64,000 nucleotides of DNA from Ginglymostoma cirratum. Taxonomy: Eukaryota. The notes under the pieces were generated by a model. That model did not search any database and was not told the origin of the DNA. It saw nothing but the letters and a program-made list of their open reading frames with translations. The stretch is taken from contig JAHRHZ010000035.1 of the NCBI GenBank assembly GCA_024137785.1, positions 17,709,743 to 17,773,742 of the forward strand, written 5' to 3'. Made by a program: the position numbers and the translations under genes. Positions 62,721 through 64,000 of this stretch are shown here, in pieces; the stretch's first letter is position 1, and every line of letters starts with the position of its first letter.

Positions 62721-63019
62721 ATTAGGATCCCACAGTGCCGAAAGAGGCCATTCGGCCCATCGAGTCAGCACTGATCTTCCAAAGAGTATCCCACCCAAAT
62801 CCACTCCTGCACCCTATTCCTGTAACCCCGCATTTACCATGGACAATCCACCTAACCTGCACAACCTTAGACCGTGGGAGGAAACTGAAGCGCTTGGTGG
62901 AAACCCACACAAACACAGGGAGAATGTGCAAACTCCATACAGTCAGAAGGTGGGACTCGAACCTGGGTCCCTACTGCTATGAAGCAGCAGTGCCAACCAC
63001 TGTGGCACTATGCCGCTCC
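62721..63019 (-). mobile_element. HE1 SINE (V-SINE), more diverged copy
   Basis: aatccacctaacctgcaca...gtgggaggaaac...tgcaaactcca...ctcgaacctgggtccct...aaccactgtg matches the other HE1 copies. Confidence 0.9.
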
Positions 63020-64000
63020 CAGAACATTATGCACACTGTGACAGGAAATAATGGATTGGGCCAAGGTGTATCTCAGGGTTCTTCACTTGTTTTCTTAGTG
63101 CTCACTCACTTTGTATCTATTTCGATGCTCACAGCATCATTATCTTGTCTTACTTTACCTTTGTGCATTTTGCCTTCTCATTGAGAGCTTAAGTATCCCA
63201 GTATTTTGACTTGTCTTTGGGTGCAGACCCAAATCCAGACAGCTTGTCCTCGTTGTCAGTTGCTATAGGTCAAGGGGGTAGACATGTTGTTACTTCAATC
63301 TCACAATTCCACAGTGTGACAGTCTTGTACATAGCAAACACACTGAATGTGCTCAACTAAGCAGTCATATCTCAAAGTCTAAAGAGAGTGTTTCTCAGTC
63401 AAATCAAGGGAGAGAATCTTCAGTCCAGAGTCCTGGCATAATCAGTCAAGGGCAGTATCCACTATCAGTCCAGGGGCTTGGACACAGTCAGTTGGACACT
63501 TGGGGTGGTCAAGATTAGAGAATCCAGGTCACTACTGATCAGGACGTGGGCATGATAAGCCTTGTGGGTCCCAGTTCGCCCAATGTAAATGCAAGTTATT
63601 GCTCAACTGAGTTTTTGTAAGAGGTATTTTACAGGTCTACGCAGCTCGGATAAACAAGTCACAGAAAAAGAAATGATCTAGGCGCCAACTTGGAAGTGGT
63701 TGGGAAATAGAACCCTCTCTATAAAATTCTTCATATTTCCCCAAACACATGATGAGATCATAGATTATAATACAATAAAATGAATTGGTAGAAAATGCAA
63801 AACTCTCAATTTATTTAATTCAAATCATCGCCAACTAACCCTGTAGAATTTATCAACATATTTGCACTCTGTGGATAAGAACATATTATTTAGTGTTTTT
63901 CACTCTCTTTGAGTCAAGTTGTCAACGATTGTGTTAATCTGGGACACTGCATGGTAGTTTTAAACCACTACCTGGCTGGAACAGTTTGTTCTGAAATGTT

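Noticed and set aside
62332-62982. Longest ORF in the track (216 aa)
   Set aside because: The C-terminal part is read through an antisense HE1 SINE and the rest has no recognisable domain; chance composite ORF
1-64000. CRISPR arrays, operons or other prokaryotic systems
   Set aside because: No regularly spaced repeats or dense coding regions; the sequence is vertebrate repeat-rich DNA

Overview
Repeat-rich, apparently non-coding vertebrate genomic DNA (large intron or gene desert). The transposon content points to a shark, possibly a carpet shark (inferred): HE1 V-SINEs, Deu-domain SINEs, CR1/HER1-type LINEs and Penelope-derived hairpin elements. I recognise no host protein-coding gene, rRNA or functional tRNA gene. 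The longer ORFs in the track are chance ORFs or decayed transposon ORFs (CR1 and CR1/L2-type reverse transcriptase). Decayed Penelope ORF, Harbinger transposase and Myb/SANT remnants were read from frames the track does not list. Notable structure: (i) about nine short Penelope-derived insertions, most with a recognisable decayed minimal hammerhead-ribozyme core, several with 10-16 bp target-site duplications and several palindromic; (ii) a decayed two-gene PIF/Harbinger element with several non-autonomous relatives; (iii) a very young 238-bp local duplication with a stuttered junction, suggesting templated repair; (iv) two non-autonomous elements with a YY1-like 5' end and a LINE-like 3' tail; (v) repeat-free blocks that may be conserved non-coding elements. 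Family names come from recalled consensus features, not database searches, and repeat boundaries are approximate unless a TSD or TIR is given.
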